Below are positions 36,701 to 48,800 of a DNA stretch of 64,000 nucleotides, one piece after another. Numbering within the stretch: position 1 is the stretch's first letter; each line of letters opens with the position of its first letter. Both the position numbers and the translations under genes were made by a program. The stretch is from Tubiluchus corallicola (taxonomy: Eukaryota; Animalia; Priapulida): contig JAQGDQ010000470.1 in the NCBI GenBank assembly GCA_030141605.1, positions 1 through 64,000 of the forward strand, read 5' to 3'. Below the pieces are notes generated by a model. It ran no database searches, was not told the DNA's origin, and saw only the letters and a program-made list of their open reading frames with translations.

Positions 36701-39700
36701 AATATTCTCGTATCCTACGGGATACAATGGGTATGAAAGGGTAAAAACCTTAACGACTACATTATCAATAAAAACCTCAGCTGACCTGAACTAGCCGTCT
36801 GAGCAATTGTTGAATTATCTTGTCCAGCATCACCGGCACCAGTCGAGGGAAAATAAGCGAGTTTAGCATCCACAGCTTGTGAGCCATTGTTGGTACCATT
36901 AAACGGCGTCTGAATTACTGCCTGCAAAAGAACACGTTTTTTTATTGTATTAAAACAGCAGAATTTTGTTTCTCTTAAAAAAGTCACAAATTACATTATC
37001 AAAAATTTAAAATATGATGTTACAATATCAAAACTTGTTATAAAAAAATTAAAAACACAGTGTGTTGACACCAACCTCAACAGAATGAGCAATGAAAGAT
37101 GTAAAAATTCTAAGAGAAATTATAAAGTGTAAGAAGGGAATGTTGTCTTACATCTAGAATCCTTCTTAACAAACACAGAAATAATTGTATAATGTTTCTC
37201 CAGTATAAAGACGATACCTCTGTCACATGACAGAAACCTAGTAGGCTTCAGGCAGATTATAAACAATGGGACATCAGACGATACTCTTCAATCAATATAC
37301 CAGCAAACTATCTTGGAACGTGACATTATCGTAATTAAGATCAATAATAAAGGCCAAAATACAGAACAAATTTCAAGCTTTCACGAAATTTTTTATTTGG
37401 AAATTTTACATTTATAGCACTTTTCAGGCATCCATTTTCACACTACTGAAATTTACTAGACTAATCATTGAAGGACAAAAACACACTCTTCATAAATGAA
37501 GCTTGAAAAATCATGTTGAGATTTTGTATCACGTTACACTGTCACTCAAACCAAAAAGAGCTTGTATTAGCAACAACACTGTATAAAACTTGCAAATTTA
37601 AACACCTGCGATAACTATTAGTACGGTTATTTTGACAGTAAGTCGTTTAAAGCAAGTACAGATGCAAAATAAACAAAGCATTCGTAAGTGAGTACTTTGA
37701 TGGCTAAGCAAAGGTGTAAATTACTTCACCTTGTCGACAGAATTCAAGTCAAGTTTATCAAGACACTCTTGATCTTGTCAGATACATTTTTTGGTGAAAC
37801 AGTGACTGGTTTTGGTTCACACTGGGATAATGAGCCAATGACGTTTGACACAAACGTTTCAAATTATTAAAAATTTTCTTTTCCAATTACATAGGTTTCT
37901 CAAGCAGATAAGTGTAAAGATAAGTAATATAACTTTGTACGGAGTTTTTTTTGCGATATACATTCTTCCTACTTAAATTCCAGTCCGCTTACAAATGCTA
38001 TAAATTCACTCCACATCGGCCAAACGTGTGACTGAGTTCAGTCTATGCCAACCAGCAATTTAAAAAATGCGAAAACTTGAATGTTCACCTACGCCTAATG
38101 TGATGGGCTCTTGGTTTAAAAACACAAATTTTGTTACAGAAATCAAAATGAAAACAGAGTCTGCAGTGCACTAAAATCTGCTGATGAAAATATTAAATAG
38201 TAAAATACTAAAGTAAAAAATACTTGTGAAATATTAGTCTAAATACTAGTAAAATATTAAAGTAAAAAATACTTGTGAAATATTAGTGTAAATACTAGTG
38301 AAATATTAAAGTAAAAAATACTTGTGAAATATTAGTGTAAATACTAGTGAAATATTAAAGTAAAAAATTTGTTCTTAACAATCTTAACAATGTAGCAACA
38401 CAATAGCTTTTTAGATGTAGTAAAATGAACTGAAAAAGAGAGGCCTTCTAGTCCTTCCTACTAAGTTTCTCAACACCAGTGCCCAGTCACATCAGCATGT
38501 TTTGATTAAGTCTTGCCAATTTGAAAATCAACAAAACAATGTCAGAACAACCGAACTTTCCATCGCCGTAAAGTCCTCAGTTTTCTCCAGCCACTTTGAA
38601 ACAAGAACTGTCACCAAATCATGAACGTGTTACATTCTCTGCAGCACATACTTCAAAGTGAGATTTCAAACTGAGACATTCTCTGCAGCACATATTTCAA
38701 AGTGAGATTTCAAAGTGAGACATTCTCTGCAGCACATATTTCAAAGTGAGACATTCTCTGCAGCACATATTTCAAAGTGAGACATTCTCTGCAGCACATA
38801 TTTCAAAGTGAGAAATTCTCTGCAACACATATTTCGAAGTGAGACATTCTCTGCAGCACATATTTCAAAGTGAGACATTCTCTGCAGCACATATTTCAAA
38901 GTGAGACATTCTCTGCTTCACTTCTGAAAAGCAGCTCAATGCACAACACATCGCAAATAAATGAAGTTTACCTGTATACCCTGAGAGCTTGTGCTAAAAG
39001 GTGACGCAACAACTTCTCCTGAACCGTCTGCAGCCACTTGCACAACTCTGTACGTTATTTGTGCTGAAAGTAAAGTCAAAATGACAAATGAACCGTCTGC
39101 AGCCACTTGCACAACTCTGTACGTTATTTGTGCTGAAAGTAAAGTCAAAATGACAAATGAACCGTCTGCACCCACTTGCACAACTCTGTACGTTATTTGT
39201 GCTGAAAGTAAAGTCAAAATGACAAATGAACCGTCTGCAGCCACTTGCACAACTCTGTACGTTATTTGTGCTGAGTTGCTAAAATGCACAGTGACTTTCT
39301 GAACACCTTGTATACGTATGTATATGTTATCATACATGATTGCCGTTTTGTTTTTAGATAAATCACGCAAATATGTGTCTTATCTACAGCACTGCCTAGG
39401 GCAGACGTATATAATAGCGCACATGTATTAGAATGTGGTTAAGATATCTAGAACTACCAGTTCAGTGGCTCATTACAGAAGCACAGCCTTGACGAGTTAC
39501 ATTCCAGTCTTGCCACAACCATCCAGTTTGAGTACTAAATGGTGAACTCTGGCTTCTAGTTTTCTGAATTGTTTAAAGAAAAATACAAAAAAGTCTTGCT
39601 CATTTGGCATAACAAAAATATAAACTGGACAACAGACATAATTTGTACATACCCCCTCCACCATCCGGCCTTAACTGGTACTGCACAGTTGAAGGGTCAA

Positions 39701-41546
39701 TTGTAATACCAGCTGATACTCCTGCCAAACCTCCTTGGTCTCCACTAACATCTATATATAAAAAATGGTAGCTGTTATTGAAATGTAGAAAATATATATC
39801 CTAAAAATAAAGTAGGACAAAAATTTAATCTATCAAAAGTTTAAAGATTAATGAAGCTCTGATCAAATAATCTACCATACACATTTCATTAAAATATTTC
39901 CAAAGTAGACAACAGCTTGAAAGTCGGCCTCAAGCAGCACAGAACATTTTCATTTCCATTTATTGCAGTATGTATGATTACCATAAGTGATGATAAAAAT
40001 GAGTTTCCGACAATTTGGCTAGCGCCTGGATACTATTAGTTAAGTTGCAATAACTAGAAAAATTCAAATGCTGCCAAACAACGAAAAAGAAGCAATGGAA
40101 TGAAATTCGATAAACATTAAATTTTTTCAATTTTTAATACAGGTAAACTGGTTGAAAGAAGTAGAGGTCAAAAACATCTGAAATGAGCCAAGATTTCAAC
40201 CAGAAACTTCTGGGCAGCAAATGCAGCTTCTTGAACCATTAAACTAAATAGTGTTCGCTTTCACTTTCTTATGATTGTTGGTGATACCAGTACCCTCTAT
40301 TAGTAACTCAATGAAATCTGCAAACAGACAATTACTTTAATCCAGGAGTGTGCACATTGCGGCCCGCGAAGAGATTTGTCAACCTAATGAGTGTGGCCCG
40401 GGTGATCAATTGAGTGTACCCAGCTGAAGTCCAAGCCACGATCCCAAAGATAGTGCAGGTAGTTTTTTCTACTAGATCGGATGACATTAATCCTTACAAG
40501 ACGGTTGTAGTTTAATGTCACTGTACTACACAGACTGTGTGATACACATTACTAATATGCATTGTAATGAAATTACCACTATATGTCCTGAAAGTAGAAA
40601 TATATGCTTTGTAATATAAATTTTAATAACTTCTAAAATAGTTTCTTGAGTGTAGTAGTAATGATGTACGCAGGTCGGATGCAAAAAAATCATTATTCAG
40701 CCTTTCTGTACTTGGCTCCTTGATCAAACTGCTCATGGCCCGCAAGAATTGCGGGAAAGTTTAATGTGGCCCGGCTAGTCTGATAATTTGCACACCCCTG
40801 CTTTAATCTGTCTTCTACAGCATTAAGTGATTCTCTGTGCAAGTACTAACCTGTTGTATACATCTGATGTTTGCTCTCCTCCATTTGTGAATAATTATTA
40901 ACCTGGTCATCCTGCTCACCTGGGTCGCTAGATTTATCTTGTGATCTAAGAGACAGCAATAATGTTATAATTTATATACGACAGTTACCACCTTATCTTT
41001 GACTGAGCTGCTGAAAAAATCTTTCAGAGTTCTTCTTTCTAAGAAACTTTATCACCACATCTATACTATAGGGCAATATTTTTTCTGTGATATTATTTCC
41101 ACTACAACTCAATAAATTTCACTCGCAATAAAAAAACTAAAGAAAAGATTAAAGTTATCAGTTTAGTCGCTGTAATAACGACGACGTTAACTTAGCAACA
41201 GCAGTATAAAATCGGCTCCACATTTTTTATATAACTTCCCACAAGATGATATGATAATGGCATTATTTAAACATAGATATTCTATGACAGTCCCTACAAG
41301 TATAAATTATGTATGAAAGTATTGCTACTTTTAAAGTGCAGCCTGCCTAGTGTACAAAGTTCGAAACGCTTCCGCCATCCTGGATTAAGACTCCATCATA
41401 ACATTAGCGTATAACGTTAAGTTTATTCAGTATTTTCTCAAAGTTGAGAATGCACAACTGCTGTTCGGTTTTTGGCACATTTTTTATGTCACGCAATTCA
41501 TCTAAAATACTCACGCTACTTCCAAAGAAGTGTCCAGCATATCCAT
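33720..41546 (-). CDS. USF: Upstream stimulatory factor (USF1/USF2 family bHLH-zip), 9 coding exons, 310 aa with the proximal exon-4 acceptor
   Basis: Exons (minus) 41546-41515, 40945-40851, 39751-39653, 39063-38972, 36921-36786, 36079-35930, 34886-34780, 34029-33928, 33839-33720. All GT-AG, phases match, total 933 nt. Starts MDMLD like USF2; QITYRVVQV; AVIQTPF...AYFPST; USF-specific region GQFYVMMSPSDVL...RNLAPR; basic-HLH RDERRRQTHNEVERRRRDKINNWI...SKGGILAKTVDYIEEL; leucine zipper VDNELLRNQYEELKNENAVLRTQL. Confidence 0.96.
34164..34653 (+). mobile_element. hAT-like MITE, family D copy 1 (USF intron 7)
   Basis: TIRs CAGGGATGAGAAT...ATTCTCATCCCTG; closely similar to 35002-35446. Confidence 0.8.
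35002..35446 (+). mobile_element. hAT-like MITE, family D copy 2 (USF intron 6)
   Basis: CAGGAATAAGAAT...ATTCTCATCCCAG; flanks gtttacaa and gtttacgc look like a decayed 8-bp TSD. Confidence 0.8.
36311..36741 (-). mobile_element. piggyBac-like MITE, family A copy 3, inverted (USF intron 5)
   Basis: Reverse complement of family A; TTAA on the left, TAAA on the right. Confidence 0.85.
38187..38367. repeat. 49-bp AT-rich tandem repeat, about 3.5 copies
   Basis: tacttgtgaaatattagt at 38221, 38270 and 38319. Confidence 0.85.
38632..38915. repeat. 31-bp tandem repeat, about 8 copies, in USF intron 4
   Basis: Unit acattctctgcagcacatatttcaaagtgag; the first two units carry a 12-bp internal duplication. 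Confidence 0.9.
39020..39274 (-). repeat. 69-bp tandem repeat, about 3.7 copies, spanning the USF intron 3 / exon 4 boundary
   Basis: gaaccgtctgc recurs at 39021, 39090, 39159 and 39228. The minus-strand unit is atttgtcattttgactttactttcag followed by CACAAATAACGTACAGAGTTGTGCAAGTGGCTGCAGACGGTTC. Confidence 0.95.
40343..40800. mobile_element. hAT (Charlie-like) MITE in USF intron 2
   Basis: Perfect 8-bp TSD CTTTAATC on both sides; TIRs CAGGAGTGTGCA...TGCACACCCCTG; internal GGCCCG motifs. Confidence 0.88.
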
Positions 41547-41950
41547 CACGTGTGTTGATCACGGGGCCAAACACACAGGTCATGTGAGAGAAAGCTTGAG
41601 CATGTGACACAAAATGGCCGAATCGCCTTCTTTTCTCACAAATTCAGCAGTTGGCCTTGGCGTATTAATACCGAAGTAAGGCAGAACAAAAAGAAAGACA
41701 CCTTTGACACATATTATTAGTAAAATGGAATGTAGACTGTGAATAATGTAGCTCAGCTGTCAGTTTATTTTACTTCACTATCAAAATTTCCTACATTTTC
41801 GTGCAATATTAGCGACCTACATTCAGTGATAAACAGAGCGCATTGATCCTTGATAAATCATCGAATGTCAAACGGATACGTATTAGGCACTGCGCAGGCG
41901 CAGTTTTTACTTATGCGCACACCAAGAGCAGGTGGTTCCCGGAACTGCCG
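41547..41950 (-). promoter_or_regulatory. Probable USF 5'UTR/promoter with E-boxes and YY1-like and NRF1-like motifs
   Basis: CACGTG 41547-41552 abuts the ATG; GGTCATGTGA 41578-41587; CATGTGAC 41601-41608; AAAATGGCCG 41611-41620; TGCGCAGGCGCA 41891-41902. Confidence 0.5.
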
Positions 41951-42499
41951 TGATACCTTGCTAAAGTGATTTAGAAAGCTCGAGAATCGAGAAAATACAA
42001 TCGAAAACCCAATCTAAGCCTGAGAAATAGAGTAATAGTATTTCGCAAAAGCTGGTATATAAAATAAAATAGACCTAGTGAATAAAAATAGGGCCAATTT
42101 TTCACAACAAACTTTCAGTGTCTGCTAACCTATCTCGACCTCGACGTTTTCTAGTCTTTCTTTCTCTTGTTCTCTTTCATAATAATAATGTGTCTTCCCT
42201 GTCTCATAGTCATAGTCCCACTATATTCTCGCTAACAGAGTTGTTTCGTATTGCTTGTAAGCCGGTTAGCAAAATGAATTTGAAATAAGTTATAAATAAA
42301 TCTGATCTAAACTTAAACCCCTAGCCAATAGGTCAATAATGAAAGAAAAGAATTAAGAGAGTATTAGTTATTTACTACTTTATCAAAACGCACCTGCTGT
42401 CACACTTTTCCGTTAAAAATTAGTTAGTTCCTGCATAGCAGCGTATTTGCGCAAAATGATGCGTAAATAAATTCACGCATATTTATACTTGCGTCGTCA

Positions 42500-43160
42500 A
42501 AATGGAACATACTGAAACGGAATGCACCAAAGCAGAACATGGCAGAACAGAACACAGCCAGACGGAATGGAACAACACAAAGGAGTGCAGAAATTCTACT
42601 TGACAAGTTTAACACAGCAGAGCACAGGAATGGGATGCAGAACTGAACTCAAAAGGGCAAAATTGGACAAGAATTAATATCAAAGCAGTACAGAATGGAA
42701 TTAACAACCCTGAAGAGAATATAGCAAAACAGTCTAAAACAGAACAGAAAGCATTGACAACAATGCAATAAAAATTTTCAGTTTCAGTCAGATTTACATG
42801 CATTCATATACTGAAACGGAATGCATCGAAACCAATATGCAGCTGAGAAGAATGCAGGTAACAGAACGAGACAAGACAATACATTAAACTGAAGCTGAAC
42901 AGCTCAAAACACAGAAAAACGGAAAATGAGTACACAGAATGAAACGAAATGGAACAGAACAGAACGAAGTAAAATAGGAAGACAAAGAACAGGAGCTACA
43001 GAACAGAACAGGGGCAAGACAGGACAAAATGAAGTACAGAAGAGAAGAGAAAAACAAAGCAGGCAAAGAGCGGTGCAGATTATAACAGAAGCAAACGAAC
43101 TACACAGAGCAGAATGAAATTAAAAAAGAAAACAAGAAACAAAATGGCTGCAAGAACAAA
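42500..43160. repeat. Old degenerate purine-rich pentamer tract (ACAGA/AGAAC-like)
   Basis: Strong A/G strand bias with recurring cagaa/agaac; atactgaaacggaatgca occurs twice. Confidence 0.6.
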
Positions 43161-43364
43161 GATTGAATTTAATGGTTGTTTTTGCTCATCTTCATTTTGT
43201 TAATCAATATCCAAAATTCTAAACCAGACATAGCTGTAACGGAGGCTTATTCGTTCTGTCCTTAAAATGAAAGATCAGATAAATAACGCATCGTTTTACT
43301 AATATAATAATTATAAATATTTTAGGAACACCGATATAGTATTGCTGTAGTTATTAATCTGTGG

Positions 43365-43622
43365 TGCGGATTGGTTACGACGTCAGCCAATAATCGCTCT
43401 AGTTGTTTGGAAGTTGGACCCAGTTGTGTATTTTATGATGTGTCATTCATGAGACGAAAACGCAAACACCTGAAAGCACGCTATGAATACGGTTGCAGTT
43501 TTATAACTCTACTGGTGCTGTCGCCGAGTAAAAATACACATGACATAAGCGTAACAGTAGGTGCATTGTGTCATGAACAAGGCATAAGTCTGTAGAGCAG
43601 GGAGAAATGTAAACACGTAAGT
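43365..43622 (+). promoter_or_regulatory. Candidate promoter and non-coding first exon of the IkB-like gene
   Basis: ATTGG 43370-43374, CRE-like GACGTCA 43379-43385 and CCAAT 43387-43391 are clustered. Strong donor AC|GTAAGT at 43617 could join the acceptor tctttgcag at 45809. Confidence 0.4.
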
Positions 43623-44964
43623 AGTATGCTTTATTACAAATTTATCATTTTGATATAATTTTTACTACTACTTCACTATATTTGGGATATGGGTGCTAAA
43701 ATTTCACCAGTGATTAGTTATTATAATAAACTACTAACTAGTCAACTACAGTCCAGAGTCCACGCATCGGAGTTTTCCACTGTAAATTCTTGAGCTATTT
43801 CACGTTTTATGATCATTTATACAAGACGATTCTGTTAATCCTAGAGTTATTTAACATTTTATGATAATTTATACAAAGTACAGACAATCTCGCGGTAAAA
43901 TTTTCAGCTTTGGCTTGCTTCTGGTTGGACCCGAAACGTCTCGGAGAGCAATCAGTGTGGCCGGTATTTTACGAGGCATTTTGTATTTAATAATACGCAA
44001 AATAACAGGCAGAAATTTTATAAAATGCTTCATTCTGTAAGCCTGTAGCGACGTGTATCAAAATTGAATGAATTCAGATCTGAATCCGCGAGCACGACAG
44101 TGTTTATCATTTGACGAATGATATGTCATGTCTAAAACAGTGTATTATCATGTGTCACGATATGGACTAACTTGTGTGCATGGACTCTTGTGAAATATTA
44201 TCACTTGACTAAACCTGATGGCGCGATGCTCACAAATAATAAAAATAAGATGATGTGGTAAAAGAAAAATTTTCACCAAAATCATTAATAGTAAATTACG
44301 TTCACCACAGTAAATTTTGCAATTCGCTAGGAAACCAGACAAACAGGCGGAAAGTCTCGACGGTGTAACGGTGCTATTAGCCTGCTTTTAGCATTTATTT
44401 ACGTAACTATCCAAATATAAATAAGTGAAGTAAGTTGATTACAGTAAACTGGCCACCGTGAGTTAATGAAAAGATTGTGGCAACAATTCGAACTTGTAAT
44501 TCTATGAACTGCGTCATTGGAACGAATTTCTAAAAAAACAACCAAAATCTTAAGTATGAGGGCAATTAATGACCAGGTAAAAGTGGCCCTGTCTCACAGA
44601 ACTACGTCTCACAGAACCTGTTTATTTCGTCTGCTGGAATAAGAGAAAATAACATCGCCCATTATCAGACTGCAGACCGGGCCACAAATACAACCAACAG
44701 GAGCTAATGCTTTACAGCTGACCTAGACTCAGCTATAACGGGCCAGCAGTGAAACGTAAATTTCGGCCAGATGGATGACTTTTGAATTCACGAATACTGG
44801 TGTTATTGAAATTTCTTGAATTTTAGTTAGAAAATTGTGTGATCCTAAAAATAAAATTTTGTCTAGGAACATAATGCCGGAACAGTCATGTTATCAATAA
44901 ATTGTTATTGCTCTGCATGGCAAGAGAAACAGTAGAGTGGTCACAGCCTGCATGTGGCTCGGCT

Positions 44965-45135
44965 ACGAATTTAAACAACATTGGGCCTGGCTAGTAAAAA
45001 GATGGATGACTGCGAAGAAAACTGGTTTTGCGCAGCTTTCGTCTGCCACATTGCGGCGACTATTGCTTTCATTGGGATTGACGGTTAAGGTATACCTGAG
45101 TACATCTGCCAACTTAGTGTCTGTTCTTAGAGGAT
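44965..45135 (+). mobile_element. Degraded 5S rRNA-derived SINE-like fragment
   Basis: gaatttaaacaacattgggcctggctagtaaaaagatggatgactgc resembles the 5S rRNA internal control region GAAGCTAAGCAGGGTCGGGCCTGGTTAGTACTTGGATGGGAGACCGC; too diverged to be a functional 5S gene. Confidence 0.5.
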
Positions 45136-45831
45136 GCTAATATTATTCTTGATAAGGAGCTCAGTATTAGTAGGCCCAGGAATAAGTTTCAGACAGTAGC
45201 TTGTAATGTGCCATACTGCATGTAGAAATAAAAACATTGGGTAAATTGAGAAGACAGGCAGTGACCAGTCCTGACCAGGTCCGCTAAACTGCCCGACTTT
45301 CCAAGACCATACGTCTTCTAAAACTATGAGGTGATTAACAACATGCGATTCGATTCTTATATTTTTATCTTACAACTGCCTGTCGTACCCGAACAAAACA
45401 ACCACCCTCATTCTCAAAGAAATTTCCATTAATTTCCATTTTAAGGTGATCTCGAAAATGCCTTATGCCTATAATCATTTAATATATGCATAAAATAAAT
45501 GTAAACTAATTACACGGTTTCAGCAAACAACTTGTAGGCGGGAACTGGGAGCGAACTCAATAACACCGCTCCTCATATCGAGCTCCATAACACCATACGA
45601 CCGTGTCACCTCCAAGGGGTTTAATTCATTTATTAAATTTATACAAAATTAGTCCGAAGAAATTATTGAGTTAACCGACAAAAGATGAACACAAAACTCG
45701 TGTACCTTGTTTACTGAAAAAGCAGAATTAGCCTGTCTGGATTGTTTTTGCGTGGCATGGAAATTAAACTAGGGATAGTTTTGGATTTTTTTCTCTGTTG
45801 TCTTTGCAGGAAGGACAAATAAACAAACAGT

Positions 45832-48800
45832 ATGCAAGTTGTAAAAGATGTCTTTCAAAAGTGCAAGCAACAATGCTCCCTCTTCAAACCCAAGAAACAC
45901 GAAAACAACCAAGCTACTGAAATGACGGTTAGAAGCAAATGCGACACAAAATTTAATATTCATCAAGAGATAATCGACACCAAGCGAGGAACTGTAGAAG
46001 ACTGCCACATAAGCAAAGTAACCCGCAGTGAAGACATTAGCGAAAGCCAAACTGGCAAAATAGACATCAAGAAATTCAATGTTGAAGAAGTTGGGTACAA
46101 AAGCGATGACATACACGATAAACTGACAAATCAAAGTGACAATACTCAGAGAATCAGTGACAGCAATAGTAAGATGGATTGTAAAGAACATTGTCGCTGT
46201 AAGAGCTCTTATGACAACAGCTGCAAGGAAAGTGAGGGTAAGAATGATAGTCGTTACAGTGAAACACACTACTACCTTACAAACCCAAGGGTCCCTAACA
46301 AAAAACACGGAAACCACTGGATTTGCAGCAAACATGCATGTAAGCATGGTAGCAAAAATAAGACCATGAGCAAACGTCACAGTACTTGTCCGGTATCACT
46401 ATATAACCAATCCTGTGAAAACAGTCATGATGGAGCTGGTAGATTCGACACCTGTAATTATAAATTTAACATCTGTAGCTGTCACAGAGTCAATGACGAA
46501 AGGAACGGATGTGAAGGGCATATATGCTATAGAAGAACGGATCATAGCAAGAGAAGTAATAAAGTAGATTCCATGACCAACTGCAGCTGTGGTACTGGTT
46601 ATAACATAGTCATTTCACTTAATGAAAAGATATCGAAAGAGAAAGTTTGTGATGCAAAAGAAAATCCAAGAGCTTTACCCGGGAGACGAAACAAGTCTTC
46701 GAGATCTTCAGCAGTCTATAATACTCAGCACTATGAGTCTGTTACAGCACTAAAAGACTTAGAACTCCAGCAAGGAAAACCACAGATTATGAAAGATACT
46801 AGTCAGAATAGTAAAATGCAGTCATCTTTGCCAAAAGACAGAGTTAAAGTCTCAAAAGTAAATATACGCAATGCAGAACAAAAATGTGAAGCAAGCGCTC
46901 ATTATCAAGAAAGCCTTTTGGAAAGTACAGCAAGTGCATGTAACCATCACGAAATATCAACAAATCAGGATTCAAAAAGAGGCCTATGTCAAGGAAGAGC
47001 TGAAATCAAAATGAATTTGGCACAGCGGGAACATATCTTTGATCTTTATACATCTTTAGCCAGGAAATCTGGCAATGCAAAGGAAAAAATATACCAAGAA
47101 GTCGCAATGAAAATTCAGAAAAATGACAACAGACAAAGTATGAATATTAATGAACACACGACGACGTACCGAGTAAGAAGCGATCCTACAGAAAACTCCT
47201 CTGAAATGGTAGCAATCAACGTTTTGAAGGACTTATCTGACCCAGACATATTCCAGGCTGCATTGAATAGCGTAATCAAACCGAAGGGAATAAATACTGA
47301 GACACAGATAAACGTAGAGAATGCCAAAGAAAACAAAGAAATAAGCAACGTTCTAACAAAATCATTACACAATCTGGAAATCTGCAAAGAGCAAAAACAT
47401 AAAAACAGTGAAGAGGAAATTATTGCGAACTTAATCCCCAGAGCTCCACATAGAAGAAAAGAAAGAGGAAGAAAAAATAATACAGGAAAGGAAAGGAAAG
47501 GAAGGGGTGATAAAAATAAACGGAGTACTTTGATAGAATCTGGTGATATTGAATCTAAGGCTTTTGGATTGCACGAAGGCAGAGCGTCAGCAAATAGCTT
47601 ATCATCTGTCAATATGTGTGTTCATCCTACAGTACCATCACAGGTCACACCTGTCTGTGGAACACTGGAAAGCCAACATCAAAACAGTCAGGAACAGACA
47701 AATTCTCAGTTATCTAATAATGTACAAGATTCTCATGCTACTGAAACTTCAGATGATGAAACATGGCTTGAAGATTACCTAAAAAGTCAAGGCAATGGTC
47801 CAGAGGAAAGTAAGGAGATAAGAAATGAGCTTGAAAAGGCAGTACCTGAAATTGATCAAATTTTCTCACCACCTGGCACTGCTGACAATCATGGAGTTGA
47901 AGCTTTGACACATACTCAAACCTATACAAGTACACGCAACATTATGGCACCATGTGAATCACAGCAAACCCCAAACTCAGTCGCCAACAAACCTAACAGT
48001 TCCACAGTTATTTGTGCATCAAAGTTCTTTCTTCTGCATAATCAACCCACTACGTCTTACCTGTTTTATAAACCAGTAGAGAAATGCGATCGACGTGTTG
48101 CATTTGTTATTCCGAATCAAGTACCTGAAGCACCAGATACCACTAAAAAATTACGGAATATTTTACCAAAGCCTAAGAATATAGGCAACAACCAAACTAA
48201 TGTAATGTCACAAACTGACTTGAACTCTAGCAGTATAGCATGTACACCTTCGACGTCACTTCAGGCTGGTAAGTACTCAGATCACATTTGCAGTTCTCAT
48301 CCAAAAATGTCTATCACGATTCGAAAATATATTGTCGTTTCATTGAAATAATGACCATCTCTAGTCTAGACATTCTGAATGAAGAATAAATTCTTGACAA
48401 CAACTACCATTATGTTGCTGAAATATCGAGCAGCGTTTTTCAAAAAAATCACCTCTAAAACTCATTTATCTGTATCATTTGATGAAAAAAATGTGAAAAT
48501 ATCATGTAAAAATCTTTCGTGTTACAAATGCTATTTATATTATAGAAATGGCTGCCTTCAATTGGCTAATAACTTCGATGCAATCAAAATAAATGAGAAA
48601 GTGTAAACTTGTTAAGCTTTACTTTGTTCAATAATGTCAATAGTAAAAACAACGTTAAGCAACATTTATTTCACAGAATCGGTATAAAAGCGACCACTGA
48701 AAAACTTTATGAACTGTCATATTTTTCAAATTGTGATCTACTAAGATAAGATTCAACTTTTTATAGGTGCAAAATTTGAAAGGACAATCGCTGAAGACCA

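Noticed and set aside
45769-47935. Antisense and alternative-frame ORFs of 65-203 aa
   Set aside because: Shadows of the large IkB-like coding exon.
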